A stretch of 45,394 nucleotides of DNA from an uncultured Thermoanaerobaculia bacterium (GCA_964552405.1 CAZKID010000003.1:1-45394), one strand, 5' to 3'; shown: positions 26,245-35,626, numbered from the stretch's first letter. Numbers and translations: made by a program. Notes: a model not told the origin generated them from the letters alone.

Positions 26245-27744
26245 TTAGTACCGATAGTGATCCGTCTTGAACGGTCCGTCGGCCGGAATGCCGAGATAGC
26301 TCGCCTGATCCTGTGTGAGCGCCGTCAGTTCGACGCCGAGGTGCGCTAAATGCAGACGTGCAACCTCCTCGTCGAGCCTCTTGGGCAGCACATAAACCTG
26401 CTTGCCATACTCACCATTGTTCTGCCACAGAGCGAGCTGCGCCAGTACCTGATTGGTGAACGAAGCCGACATGACGAACGACGGATGACCCGTGGCGCAG
26501 CCGAGGTTCATCAGGCGTCCTTCAGCAAGAATCAGCACGCTGTGGCCATCGGGGAACACCCACTCGTCATACTGCGGCTTGATGTTGACGTGGCGGATGC
26601 CCTTCACTTTCTTGAGACCGGCCATGTCGATCTCATTGTCGAAGTGACCGATGTTTCCAACGATCGCATTGTGCTTCATCTTCGACATGTGCTCGGCCAT
26701 GATGATGTCTTTGTTGCCGGTCGCCGTAATGAAGATGTCCGCGCGCTCAAGAACGCTCTCCAGCTTTCGCACTTCGAAACCTTCCATCGAGGCCTGCAGT
26801 GCACAGATCGGATCGATCTCGGTCACGACGACGCGCGCTCCCTGGCCGCGCAGAGCATGCGCGCAGCCCTTCCCGACTTCGCCATAGCCACAGACGACGG
26901 CGAGCTTGCCCGCAATCATCACGTCGCTGGCGCGATTGAGACCGTCGATGACGGAGTGGCGGCAGCCATAGATGTTGTCGAATTTCGACTTCGTCACCGA
27001 GTCATTGACATTGATCGCAGGGAACAACAGCGATCCAGCTTCCATCATCTGATACAGACGATGCACGCCGGTGGTCGTCTCTTCCGACACGCCCTTGATG
27101 CTCGCTGCGACGCGCGTCCAGCGCTTGTTGTCGCGCGCGATCTCACGGCGAAGCAGATCGAGAATCACGCCCCACTCTTCCGGCTCGTCCGCGCCATTGA
27201 AGTCGGGGACATGTCCCTTGCCTTCGAACTCGACACCCTTGTGAACGAGGAGCGTCGCATCGCCGCCGTCATCGACCATCAGCGTCGGACCGCCGCCATC
27301 CGGCCACATCAACGCCTCGGACGTACACCACCAGTACTCCTCGAGCGTCTCACCCTTCCACGCATACACCGGAATGCCGCGCGGATTCCCGATCGTACCG
27401 CCAGTCTCCGGCCGTCCGACGACTACGGCGGCAGCAGCGGAATCCTGCGTCGAGAAGATGTTGCACGAGACCCAGCGAACGTCGGCGCCGAGGATGTCGA
27501 GAGTCTCGATCAGGACGGCGGTCTGCACGGTCATGTGCAGTGAGCCCATGATGCGCGCGCCGGCGAGCGGCTTCGCCTTGCCGTACTTCTCGCGGATCGC
27601 CATCAGTCCCGGCATCTCGTGCTCGGCAAGGCGAATCTCGGAACGGCCCAACGTGGCTTCCTGAATGTTCTTGATCTTGTACGGCTCGCGACCCGCGGCC
27701 GTGGCAGCATCGAACGGATGCGTCACTTCGAGTGTGGCAGTCAT
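26245..27744 (-). CDS. ahcY: Adenosylhomocysteinase
   Basis: Typical sequence throughout ([14 protein letters not shown].., [12 protein letters not shown] motif [13 protein letters not shown]-terminal ..[10 protein letters not shown]). ATG at 27744, 5 nt after AGGAG. Confidence 0.95.
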   Translation of the reverse strand: MTATLEVTHPFDAATAAGREPYKIKNIQEATLGRSEIRLAEHEMPGLMAIREKYGKAKPLAGARIMGSLHMTVQTAVLIETLDILGADVRWVSCNIFSTQDSAAAAVVVGRPETGGTIGNPRGIPVYAWKGETLEEYWWCTSEALMWPDGGGPTLMVDDGGDATLLVHKGVEFEGKGHVPDFNGADEPEEWGVILDLLRREIARDNKRWTRVAASIKGVSEETTTGVHRLYQMMEAGSLLFPAINVNDSVTKSKFDNIYGCRHSVIDGLNRASDVMIAGKLAVVCGYGEVGKGCAHALRGQGARVVVTEIDPICALQASMEGFEVRKLESVLERADIFITATGNKDIIMAEHMSKMKHNAIVGNIGHFDNEIDMAGLKKVKGIRHVNIKPQYDEWVFPDGHSVLILAEGRLMNLGCATGHPSFVMSASFTNQVLAQLALWQNNGEYGKQVYVLPKRLDEEVARLHLAHLGVELTALTQDQASYLGIPADGPFKTDHYRY

Positions 27745-27807
27745 CAAAACTCCTAGATTGATGGACCTCCCGGCTGGGAGGCCGCGTTGAAACCGTGCAT
27801 TCTAACT

Positions 27808-27887
27808 CAGGCAGCAGACAGCGGGCAGCTGACAGCAGGTCGATTGCCCCCGCCCTCCCCTGCTGCCTGCTGTCTGCTGTCTGCTGC
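27808..27887. repeat. Family-1 heptamer hairpin in the divergent region between ahcY and the DinB-family gene
   Basis: Left arm CAGGCAGCAGACAGCGGGCAGCTGACAGCAGG (27808-27839). Right arm CCTGCTGCCTGCTGTCTGCTGTCTGCTGC (27859-27887). The loop is 19 nt. Confidence 0.8.
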
Positions 27888-27916
27888 TTAACGTTGTAAG
27901 CTCACCAGACACAGCC

Positions 27917-28417
27917 ATGAACGCCAACGAAATGCGCGCGCTCTTCGCCTACAACGACTGGGCCAACGCGAGGCTCATCACCGATTCGCGGCTCCTCTCC
28001 TCCGAGCAGCTGACCGGCGATACAGGAACCAGTTTCCGATCCATCCTCGGCACCTTCGTTCATATCTTCTGGGCGGAATGGATCTGGTTCCAGCGCTGGA
28101 ACGGGGAATCGCCGAAGCGTCGCTTCACGACGGAAGAATTCGAGGGGCTCGATTCCGTGCAGACACAATGGCGTGATGTCGAAGAGCAGCGGATGCTCTT
28201 TCTCGACTCGTTGAGCGATCAACAGCTCCGCAAGAAGATCGCGTACGAAAACCTCCAGGGTGAGCGCTGGGAGTACACGCTCGTGCACGCGATGCAGCAC
28301 ACAGCGAATCATTCGACGTATCACCGCGGACAGATCGCTGCGCTGCTTCGCCAGGCAGGAACGCCTGTCCGCTCCACCGATTTCCTGATGTATTACGACG
28401 AGCTCGGGCAACCGTGA
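27917..28417 (+). CDS. DinB-family protein (four-helix-bundle metalloenzyme fold)
   Basis: N-terminus LFAYNDWANARL.. and the C-terminal His-containing motif HAMQHTANHSTYHRGQI are typical of DinB/YfiT-like proteins. Confidence 0.8.
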   Translation: MNANEMRALFAYNDWANARLITDSRLLSSEQLTGDTGTSFRSILGTFVHIFWAEWIWFQRWNGESPKRRFTTEEFEGLDSVQTQWRDVEEQRMLFLDSLSDQQLRKKIAYENLQGERWEYTLVHAMQHTANHSTYHRGQIAALLRQAGTPVRSTDFLMYYDELGQP

Positions 28418-29343
28418 TCGATTATCACCGTGAGCTGATTGGCGATGGGGAGCGAACGCGCGCCTACAGAGAGGCGATTCGCCACTATGTACGGCCCGGC
28501 AGCGTCGTGCTCGATCTCGGATGCGGTAGCGGGATTCTGTCTCTCTTTGCCTGCGAGGCAGGAGCGCGCCGCGTCTACTCCATCGATGGTCAACATGCTG
28601 CCGACCTTGCGGCCCTCCTCGCACGTCAATGCGGCTTCGCGGATCGGATCACAGTGATCCATGACAAATCCTTCAACGTGACTCTGCCCGAGCCGGCCGA
28701 CATTCTCGTCAACGAATTGATGGGCGGATTCGGACTCGAAGAAGGAATGCTCGCCTCAGTCATCGACGCGCGCCTGCGAATGCTGAAACCCGGCGCGGTC
28801 ATCATTCCCGGTGCTCTTCAATTACGCCTGGCCGCGGTCGAGCTCCCCGATGTGTACGACAGTCTCATTGCCTGGTGGAAGCGCCCGCACTATGGATTCG
28901 ACTTCTCCGCAATGCACATGTTTGCATCCAACGAATTCCGCCACGAGAAGATCCCGCCGTCAGCGCTGCTGACAGAAGCGGCCACTGTGCTCTCCATTGA
29001 TTTCTCGACGGCCACGGAGCACTACGTATCAGGCAATGCGAGGCTGCGCGTCACAAGAGACGGCACGATCCACGGACTCGCGGGCTGGTTCCACGCAACC
29101 CTCGCGCCGGGCGTCGCGCTCGAGTCTTCATGCGGAAGCCCGATGCATTGGTTCCAGGCATTTCTCACACTCGAAGAGCCGATCGCCGTTCGCGCCGGCA
29201 TGACGATGGAGGTCGAATTTCAATCACACAATGGAACGATGTCACGCTGGCGCGGCACTGTGCATTGTGACCCGGCAGTGACGTTCGATCAGACGACACG
29301 CCTCTCGCGTCCACCCTGCGTTTTATTACAAGCCAGCAATTGA
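28414..29343 (+). CDS. SAM-dependent methyltransferase with protein arginine methyltransferase (PRMT)-like architecture
   Basis: GTG start overlapping the DinB stop (GTGA). ERTRAYREAI.., motif I VVLDLGCGSGILSLFACEAGARRVYSID, NELMGGFGLEEGM (double-E-loop-like), WWKRPHYGFDFS, and a C-terminal beta-rich domain with HW (PMHWFQAF, THW-loop-like). Confidence 0.7.
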   Translation: MIDYHRELIGDGERTRAYREAIRHYVRPGSVVLDLGCGSGILSLFACEAGARRVYSIDGQHAADLAALLARQCGFADRITVIHDKSFNVTLPEPADILVNELMGGFGLEEGMLASVIDARLRMLKPGAVIIPGALQLRLAAVELPDVYDSLIAWWKRPHYGFDFSAMHMFASNEFRHEKIPPSALLTEAATVLSIDFSTATEHYVSGNARLRVTRDGTIHGLAGWFHATLAPGVALESSCGSPMHWFQAFLTLEEPIAVRAGMTMEVEFQSHNGTMSRWRGTVHCDPAVTFDQTTRLSRPPCVLLQASN

Positions 29344-29449
29344 AAAATGGCACGAAAACGCTGTTTTTTCGATTCTTTCAACGCCCTTTCAAATCTCAAA
29401 TAAAATCATTTCACGAAGGTCTCAACCTCCGAGAAAAGGTAGGAACGTC

Positions 29450-30508
29450 ATGTTCGAAAGCACCGCGCCTGCTCCGCGGTTCAAACCCCGGTTCTCGTTC
29501 TCAGTGCCCTCGGGCGCATTCACGGGGGGCCCGCTCGCAAGGTTCGTTTTGAAACTCGGCCTGCTGATCGCTCCTCTCATTTTCCTGCGGGCCTGCGTCC
29601 TCACGTACGTACCGCCGAATGAGATCGGCCTGCGCCAGATCTCCTTCGGCTTGAGCAAAGGTCTGCAGAAGGAGCTCGTCAAGCCGGGCTATCGGCGCTC
29701 CATCTCCGGCTATGAGCGCATTCAGACGTTTCCGCGCGACGTCCAGGCGGTGGAGTTTTCCAATGACCCGTCCGAGCGCGGCCAGGATCACCGCACGATC
29801 AATGCGATCAATGTCCCGACTGTCGATGGCTATCGCGTCGATGTCGATGTCACCGTGCAATACCGGATCGCCGATCCGTTCCTCGTCGTCTCCAAGTTCG
29901 GCTTCGGAAACGGCTATGAAGACAACGTCGTCATCCGCTTCACCGATCCCGCGCTCAAGAAGCACCTCGGCGAATTGCGGGCCGAGGAGTTCTATCACAG
30001 CCACCGCCAGGAGAAGGTCAATGACATCAAACAGGAGCTGGCACAACGCTTCAAGGAAAACGGCCTGCTGCTCGCCGATGTGCTGATCCGCCAATACGAC
30101 TATCCGACGACCTTTCAGCAGTTGACTGAACAGAAGAAACTGCAGGACCAGGCTGTGCTCTCCAATCGCGCCATTGCGAAACAGGCGGAGGTCGAAACAC
30201 GCCTCAAGCAGACGGTTGCGCAAGGACAGAACCTCATCAACGTGAAGGGCGCTGAATTTGCCGCACAGATCACCGATATCAACGCACAGCGCGATCTCTA
30301 TGAACGTTCGAAGCATGCCGAAGCTGATCTTCTCGTCAAGAGCGCGGAAGCGCAGGGAACGGAGCTGATCAACCGAGCCATGGAAGGTGCAGGCTCGGAC
30401 AAGCTCCTGAAACTGCGCAAGGGACTGGCGCTGCTCAACAGCATCAAAGGTCCGATCTACATCAGTGAAGATCCGACGGACCTCGGCCGCCTGTCATCGA
30501 ATCATTGA
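29450..30508 (+). CDS. SPFH/Band 7 domain protein with an N-terminal TM anchor
   Basis: A basic N-terminus, then the TM segment FVLKLGLLIAPLIFLRACVL. SPFH core (GLRQISFG.., INVPTVDGYRVDVDVTVQYRIADPFLVV). C-terminal coiled coil. Confidence 0.8.
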   Translation: MFESTAPAPRFKPRFSFSVPSGAFTGGPLARFVLKLGLLIAPLIFLRACVLTYVPPNEIGLRQISFGLSKGLQKELVKPGYRRSISGYERIQTFPRDVQAVEFSNDPSERGQDHRTINAINVPTVDGYRVDVDVTVQYRIADPFLVVSKFGFGNGYEDNVVIRFTDPALKKHLGELRAEEFYHSHRQEKVNDIKQELAQRFKENGLLLADVLIRQYDYPTTFQQLTEQKKLQDQAVLSNRAIAKQAEVETRLKQTVAQGQNLINVKGAEFAAQITDINAQRDLYERSKHAEADLLVKSAEAQGTELINRAMEGAGSDKLLKLRKGLALLNSIKGPIYISEDPTDLGRLSSNH

Positions 30509-30511
30509 GGA

Positions 30512-31540
30512 ATGACCATGAAACAACTGATTCTCATCGCTACGACGCTCATCGTGTTGAACGGTTGCGCTCCGCACACGACCGGCGCAACGCAGGTTGG
30601 CGTGCGGTTCAGCAAGATCACCGGCACGACCGAAAAATGCGATGCTGGTGCGACCTATTTCTTCGCTCCGATCATCAATGACTGGACGACCTTCGACACG
30701 TCGACCCAGAACCTGCTGATGACGGCCAAGGCCAGCGAAGGAGATCGCAAAGAAAAAGACGATCTGCGCTTCAAGACGCGCGACGGTAACGACATCGAAA
30801 CCGATGTCATCGTGCGCTGGCGCATCGATCCGACGCGTGCCGGCGAGATCTGGCAGAACGTGGCCCCGACGACGAACGCGCTCAAGGAACGCGTCGTTCG
30901 TCCGCAGACGCGCGCCTATGTGCGCGATGTGCTCAACAGGCTCGATTCGGAGGAGTACTACGATCCGGATCAGAGGTTCAGGGCGGCGTCGGATGCGACC
31001 GCCGTGCTGGCCACCCAGCTGAAGCCTTACGGCATCATCGTCGAGCAGGTCATCCTCGGCGACTTCTCGTTCAAGAACGAGTATCAGGCGCTCATCAATC
31101 GCCGTAAGGAAGCAGAGAAGCAGGCGGAGAAACTCGAGGCCGAGATTCTCGCGACACAGGAAGGCAACAAGGCGAGGCTGCAGCAGAAAGTCGCGGAACT
31201 GACCGAGCAGCTGACGCGCTCACAAGGCGAGCTCGAACAGGTGAAACGCAATGCCGACGCATACGTCGTCAAGCGCAAGCAGGAGGCGCAGGCCACGCTC
31301 GCGGAACGGGAAGCGGTGGCCACCGGAATCCGCAAGGAACGAGCGGCGCTCAACGGCAGCGCGGGCGACGCGTATGTGAGTCTCCAACTCATCGATGCAC
31401 TTCAGAAGAAGGAGATCCGCCAGATCCCGAAGCTGCCCAATGGCAACGTGATCATCGACGGCAACAAGCTGCTGGAACAACTGGGCGTCATTCAGTACCA
31501 GCAGAAAGCGCAGCAGCAAACGGAGACGCAGGAACAATAG
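30512..31540 (+). CDS. SPFH/Band 7 domain lipoprotein
   Basis: Signal and lipobox LIATTLIVLNGC. SPFH core (FKTRDGNDIETDVIVRWRIDP.., GIIVEQVILGDFSF). A long coiled coil. Starts 3 nt after the upstream stop. Confidence 0.8.
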   Translation: MTMKQLILIATTLIVLNGCAPHTTGATQVGVRFSKITGTTEKCDAGATYFFAPIINDWTTFDTSTQNLLMTAKASEGDRKEKDDLRFKTRDGNDIETDVIVRWRIDPTRAGEIWQNVAPTTNALKERVVRPQTRAYVRDVLNRLDSEEYYDPDQRFRAASDATAVLATQLKPYGIIVEQVILGDFSFKNEYQALINRRKEAEKQAEKLEAEILATQEGNKARLQQKVAELTEQLTRSQGELEQVKRNADAYVVKRKQEAQATLAEREAVATGIRKERAALNGSAGDAYVSLQLIDALQKKEIRQIPKLPNGNVIIDGNKLLEQLGVIQYQQKAQQQTETQEQ

Positions 31541-31542
31541 CA

Positions 31543-32166
31543 ATGCTCAACATCGCAGGTTCGCAGTTCGATTTTGGTCACGTCGTATACGCCGTGCTGC
31601 AGGAATGCGAGCACCGCCGCCGCGGGGTTGATCCGGCCGCGTTCGAGGCCGGCATCGAAGCGTGCGCCAAGGAGAAACTCGGCGAGATCAAGGTCGCCTA
31701 TGCCGAAATGAAGGGCTCGAAGAGCTACTGGGAGACGTTGCAGAAGGAAGTGCTCGAAACGGTGATCCCACAGTACGAGGGACCGGCTCGTACGATCACC
31801 GAGCTCGAACGCAACGCGTGGAATGTCTTTCGCGGGGGAGACATTGCCGCGCGGCTGACGTTCGCACTGGTCGGGCTGCTGATCGGAGTCGCCATCATCA
31901 AGGCGCCATTCATTCCGATCGTCGAGGATGTGTTCGCCTTCGCAACCACGGGCGCCGGATTCTTCTATCCCGACATCAAGCGCTATTACTACGAGCATCA
32001 ATTCATGAAGCTGCTCAACAAGCTCGTCGGCGAGAGCGATCGATATCAACAGAACGCACGCCTGAGCTACACCACCTTCAAAGAGCTCGAGGAGTCATTC
32101 GAAGAGGATGACGCAGATTCACGGGCTCGCGCGCACACTATGGACAAGACGTCGAATACCGTCTAG
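31543..32166 (+). CDS. Hypothetical membrane protein, third gene of the SPFH operon
   Basis: Starts 2 nt after the upstream stop. A central hydrophobic hairpin (LTFALVGLLIGVAIIKAPFIPIVEDVFAFATTGAGFF) is flanked by soluble, probably cytoplasmic, parts. Acidic C-terminus. I recognise no family. Confidence 0.65.
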   Translation: MLNIAGSQFDFGHVVYAVLQECEHRRRGVDPAAFEAGIEACAKEKLGEIKVAYAEMKGSKSYWETLQKEVLETVIPQYEGPARTITELERNAWNVFRGGDIAARLTFALVGLLIGVAIIKAPFIPIVEDVFAFATTGAGFFYPDIKRYYYEHQFMKLLNKLVGESDRYQQNARLSYTTFKELEESFEEDDADSRARAHTMDKTSNTV

Positions 32167-32270
32167 AGTCGCCGCAATGCAACACGACCGTGCCAGCCTT
32201 CGATTTTTCAGCCGCTCCAGCGCGGCCTGTCTGATCGTGTAGCCGGACGAACATCAGCACTCAACAGCGA

Positions 32271-32310
32271 GGCCCGCTCCGAACATCACGGAGCGGGCCT
32301 TTTTCTTTTT
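32271..32310 (+). terminator. Intrinsic terminator 11 nt upstream of the pheA start codon
   Basis: GGCCCGCTCCG (32271-32281), loop AACATCA, CGGAGCGGGCC (32289-32299), then TTTTTCTTTTT (32300-32310). GGAGG RBS at 32312-32316 and ATG at 32322. Confidence 0.8.
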
Positions 32311-32321
32311 CGGAGGATTCG

Positions 32322-33161
32322 ATGACGCCGATTCGAGTGGCGTATCAAGGGGAGCCAGGAGCCTTCAGCGAGCGCGCAGCGCGGCGGTTGGCAGGCAACG
32401 AGATCGAAACGGTTGCATGCGCAACGTTCGATGCGATGTTCGATTCGGTGCTACGCGACGAAAGCGACTGCTGCGTCGCTCCGATCGAGAACAGTCTGGC
32501 CGGCTCGATCCACCGCAACTACGACCTGCTGCTCGAATCGGGATTATCGATCGCCGGTGAGACGAACTTGCGCATCGTGCACAACCTGATCGCGCCGCCT
32601 GACGTGGAGCTGCACCACATCCGGCGCGTCTACTCACATCCCGTTGCACTCGCGCAGTGCACTCGCTTCCTCGGCGCAAACCGCGCGATGGAACCGACCG
32701 CGGTCCACGACACGGCCGGGGCAGTGCGCATGATCATGGAAGAGCGGCGCGAAGACGCCGCGGCGATCGCGTCCGACGATGCCGCAGCGATCTATGGTGG
32801 AAGAATCCTCGCCCGCGGCATCGAAGACCACACGCAGAACTTCACACGTTTTCTGCTGCTGAAGGCGCATCACAAACAAGTGCCCGTCGCCGCAGCAACT
32901 ACGCGATGGAAAACATCGCTCGTCTTCCGCGTCGCGAACAAACCGGGCGCGCTCTTTCGCGCCCTCGGCGTCTTCGCAATGTTCGACATCGATCTCACGA
33001 AGATCGAGTCGCGGCCAGTCGAGGGGAAACCGTGGGAGTACGCGTTCTATCTCGATCTCGCTGGCCGCGACGAAGACGCAAAAATCGCTCGCGCCATCTC
33101 GAATCTCTCCGAGATGGCGGAGATGGTGCGGGTGCTGGGGTCGTATCCGTCGAAGTGGTGA
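32322..33161 (+). CDS. pheA: Prephenate dehydratase with a C-terminal ACT domain
   Basis: VAYQGEPGAFSE.., ENSLAGSIHRNYDLL, TRFLLL, and the ACT region TSLVFRVANKPGALFRALGVFAMFDIDLTKIESRP. Confidence 0.92.
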   Translation: MTPIRVAYQGEPGAFSERAARRLAGNEIETVACATFDAMFDSVLRDESDCCVAPIENSLAGSIHRNYDLLLESGLSIAGETNLRIVHNLIAPPDVELHHIRRVYSHPVALAQCTRFLGANRAMEPTAVHDTAGAVRMIMEERREDAAAIASDDAAAIYGGRILARGIEDHTQNFTRFLLLKAHHKQVPVAAATTRWKTSLVFRVANKPGALFRALGVFAMFDIDLTKIESRPVEGKPWEYAFYLDLAGRDEDAKIARAISNLSEMAEMVRVLGSYPSKW

Positions 33162-33165
33162 ATTT

Positions 33166-33203
33166 CTGGGTGCTGGGGTGCTGGGGTGCTTGGGCGCTGG
33201 GTC
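33166..33203. repeat. Direct tandem 7-8 nt repeat filling the convergent pheA / NmrA-like intergenic gap
   Basis: CTGGGTG CTGGGGTG CTGGGGTG CTTGGGCG CTGGGTC. It spans from 5 nt after the pheA stop into the stop codon of the minus-strand gene. Similar units (GGTGCGGGTGCTGGGG) occur inside the pheA 3' end at 33125-33140. Confidence 0.75.
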
Positions 33204-34056
33204 ACTTCAACGAAGCTGCATTCTCGTTCGCCCATTGATCGAATGAGATCGGATCGCGGCCAGTGACCTGCTTCACGTCGCTGGTGACCTTCGCTGCGTG
33301 ACCTTCCGCGTAGTAGCGGTTGAGATCGAGCAGCAGGTCGGCGTAGTCGTCAGGAATGCCGGCGGCGATCATGCCGCCGCGCAACTGCTGGGGCTCGAGG
33401 TTCACGTACGAAACCGCGCTGCCGCGTGCGTCACCGACCTTTTTCGCAATCTCGCCGTACGTCAGCGCCTCGGGGCCTGACAGTGTGTAGGTCTTCCCTT
33501 CGTGTCCCGGCGTCGTCAACACCTTGACGACGACAGCAGCGATGTCGCGCACATCGACATGGCTGATCCTCGCATCGCCCGCGCTGCCGTAGAACGCACC
33601 CTGCGTGCGAATCGACTGGGCGTAGTAGTTCGCGACGTTCTGCATGAAACCGTTGGGACGGATGAACGTCCAGGCGAGTCCCGACTGCTCGATCGCGCGC
33701 TCGACAGGCCGGTGGATCTTCGCAAATGAGAACGCCTCCCCTTCCGCGCCCCAGACCGACAGTTTCACGAGGTGGCGTACGCCGGCGCGTTTCGCGGCAT
33801 TCACCGCATTGATTTCGAGCTGCGTCTGATCGCCGCCGCCGGCGCCCAGGAGGAAGAGGCGGTCGATGCCGGCGAAGGCGGCGTCGAGGGTTTCCGGCTG
33901 CGCATAGTCGGCGAGGACTCCTTCGATGCCGTTCGCCGCGGCCGCACGCACCTGCTCTTCCGATCGATAGCCCGCCTTGAAGGGCACGCCTGCTGCCTTC
34001 AACTGCCGGACGATCTCGCTGCCTACGGTTCCGCTCGCGCCAAGAATGAGAATCAT
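33202..34056 (-). CDS. NmrA-like / atypical SDR NAD(P)-binding oxidoreductase
   Basis: MILILGASGTVGSEIVRQL Rossmann motif. The ATG at 34056 is preferred; an alternative ATG lies at 34080. Divergent from an HxlR-type regulator, a common pairing. Confidence 0.82.
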   Translation of the reverse strand: MILILGASGTVGSEIVRQLKAAGVPFKAGYRSEEQVRAAAANGIEGVLADYAQPETLDAAFAGIDRLFLLGAGGGDQTQLEINAVNAAKRAGVRHLVKLSVWGAEGEAFSFAKIHRPVERAIEQSGLAWTFIRPNGFMQNVANYYAQSIRTQGAFYGSAGDARISHVDVRDIAAVVVKVLTTPGHEGKTYTLSGPEALTYGEIAKKVGDARGSAVSYVNLEPQQLRGGMIAAGIPDDYADLLLDLNRYYAEGHAAKVTSDVKQVTGRDPISFDQWANENAASLK

Positions 34057-34140
34057 GTTTCTTTCCTTTCCGTTTTCCATGTTGCAGGCGTACTATGGCT
34101 GCAACATGACCGTTGGGCAAGTACATACCTTTTGGTGCCT

Positions 34141-34497
34141 ATGAAACAGAAATGCAACGTCTTCAGCGAGCAGTGCCCCTCCCGCCAGGCGCTGGACCGC
34201 ATCTCCGACAAGTGGACCTCTCTCGTGATCTATGCGCTGAGTCGTGGAACTCTCCGCTACGGTGAGCTGCAGCGAACGATCGGCGGCATCTCCCAGAAGA
34301 TGCTGACGCAGACCCTGCGCAGCCTCGAGGAGGATGGCATCGTCGAGCGCGTCGTCTATCCCGTCGTGCCGCCCATGGTCGAGTACTCACTCACCCCTCT
34401 CGGCCGCACGTTGGAGGAACCGCTCGCCGCGATCTGCCGCTGGGCGGAGAAGAATGTGCCGAGGATGATCGAGAATCGGAAGAAGTTTTCGAAGTAG
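34141..34497 (+). CDS. HxlR-family winged-helix transcriptional regulator
   Basis: CPSRQALDRISDKWTSLVIYAL..GTLRYGELQRTIGGISQKMLTQTLRSLEEDGIVERVVYPVVPPMVEYSLT. This is the internal Met of ORF 33772..34497. Confidence 0.9.
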   Translation: MKQKCNVFSEQCPSRQALDRISDKWTSLVIYALSRGTLRYGELQRTIGGISQKMLTQTLRSLEEDGIVERVVYPVVPPMVEYSLTPLGRTLEEPLAAICRWAEKNVPRMIENRKKFSK

Positions 34498-34566
34498 GGT
34501 ACGCGGGCTCGCAGGTACGCGGGCTCGCGGTGGGTTGTTCCCGCGAGCCCGCGAGCCCGCGCAACC
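34497..34566. repeat. Family-2 GC-rich inverted repeat between convergent HxlR and AI-2E transporter genes
   Basis: Left arm GGGTACGCGGGCTCGCAGGTACGCGGGCTCGCGG. Right arm CCCGCGAGCCCGCGAGCCCGCGCAACC. The core stem CGCGGGCTCGCGG/CCGCGAGCCCGCG is perfect over 13 bp. Confidence 0.8.
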
Positions 34567-34576
34567 GCATGACCAA

Positions 34577-35626
34577 TTACCCCTCCCCATGCTTCTCCAC
34601 GGTGTCCTCCGGCAGCTTCTCCTTCAGCCAGATGCGCTCGACGATCGGATACGCCGCCACGAACGGCAGCACCAGCACCGCGCCCGCCGGTCCTTGCAGC
34701 GCTCCGCCTGCCGTCACGGCGAGCAGCACCGCGAGCGTCGACAGTTTCATCTGCTCGCCATAGACCCGCGGGATGATCACGTAGCTTTCGACGAAGTGGT
34801 ACGTCATGTAGACGCCCACGACAATGAGCGCCGCCAGCGGGGAGACAAGGAGCGCGAGCAACATGGCAGGCACCGTCATGATGAGCGTGCCGACGACCGG
34901 TACGAGATCGCAGATGAACGCGAGGACGGCGAGCGGCACGGCCACGGGAACACGCAGCACCAACAGAGTGACCAGCGCGACACCGCCGCACGCAAAACAG
35001 GTGATGGCCTGTCCGCGCATGTAGGCCAGCACCACAGCACTCGATTCCCGTGCCGTTCTCCGGATCCGCGGCCGCAGTTTTGCCGGCGCAAACGCGAGCA
35101 GCCATTCGAACATCTGCCGCCCTTCGATCAGCAGATAGATGGTGATCACGAAGATGAGAACGACGGCGAGCAGCGCCTCGCTCAAATACATGCCGATGAG
35201 CGGCGCGCGCAACAACCACTGCCTCGCCTGCGGTGACCCCTTCGCCGATGCGATGACGGAGTCGAGCATCGACTTGATCTTCGGCGACGCAGCCGAGAGG
35301 CGCTGCACGATCTTCGGAAGCTCCTGTCCCAGCTGCAGGATTTCACGCGCCATCAGCGGGACGACGACGACGACGAACGCGAGCAGCAAACCGAAGAGCA
35401 CGACGCCGATCACGGCGATCGCGAGGCCGCGCCGCAGCCCGCGCCCCGCCGCCCACTCCGCCAGTGGATCGAGCATCACTGCCAGCAGCACGGCGACCGT
35501 GAACATCAAAACGATGTTCCACAACTTGATCGTGCAGACGACGAGCAGGGCGAAAAACGCCAGCTTCAGCAGTGTCGTGAACGGCACGCGCAGTTCCAGC
35601 TCGGCCACGGCAGAGCTGCATTGCAC
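34577..35626 (-). CDS. AI-2E family (PerM/YhhT-like) transporter
   Basis: Polytopic membrane protein with typical family segments (LLAVMLDPL.., PVVGTLIMTVPA..). The exact start is uncertain. Confidence 0.8.
   Translation of the reverse strand: MQCSSAVAELELRVPFTTLLKLAFFALLVVCTIKLWNIVLMFTVAVLLAVMLDPLAEWAAGRGLRRGLAIAVIGVVLFGLLLAFVVVVVPLMAREILQLGQELPKIVQRLSAASPKIKSMLDSVIASAKGSPQARQWLLRAPLIGMYLSEALLAVVLIFVITIYLLIEGRQMFEWLLAFAPAKLRPRIRRTARESSAVVLAYMRGQAITCFACGGVALVTLLVLRVPVAVPLAVLAFICDLVPVVGTLIMTVPAMLLALLVSPLAALIVVGVYMTYHFVESYVIIPRVYGEQMKLSTLAVLLAVTAGGALQGPAGAVLVLPFVAAYPIVERIWLKEKLPEDTVEKHGEG

Noticed and set aside
27745-27807. SAH riboswitch upstream of ahcY.
   Set aside because: The ~60-nt leader contains only a simple hairpin (GGCCTCCC-AGCC-GGGAGGTCC) after a TAGAAT box. 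I could not find the conserved SAH-riboswitch pseudoknot elements. A covariance-model search (Rfam RF01057) would settle it.
29342-29370. GAAAAA...TTTTTC weak pairing after the methyltransferase gene, as a terminator.
   Set aside because: The stem is AT-only and interrupted. The region is more simply read as the AT-rich promoter region of the SPFH operon.
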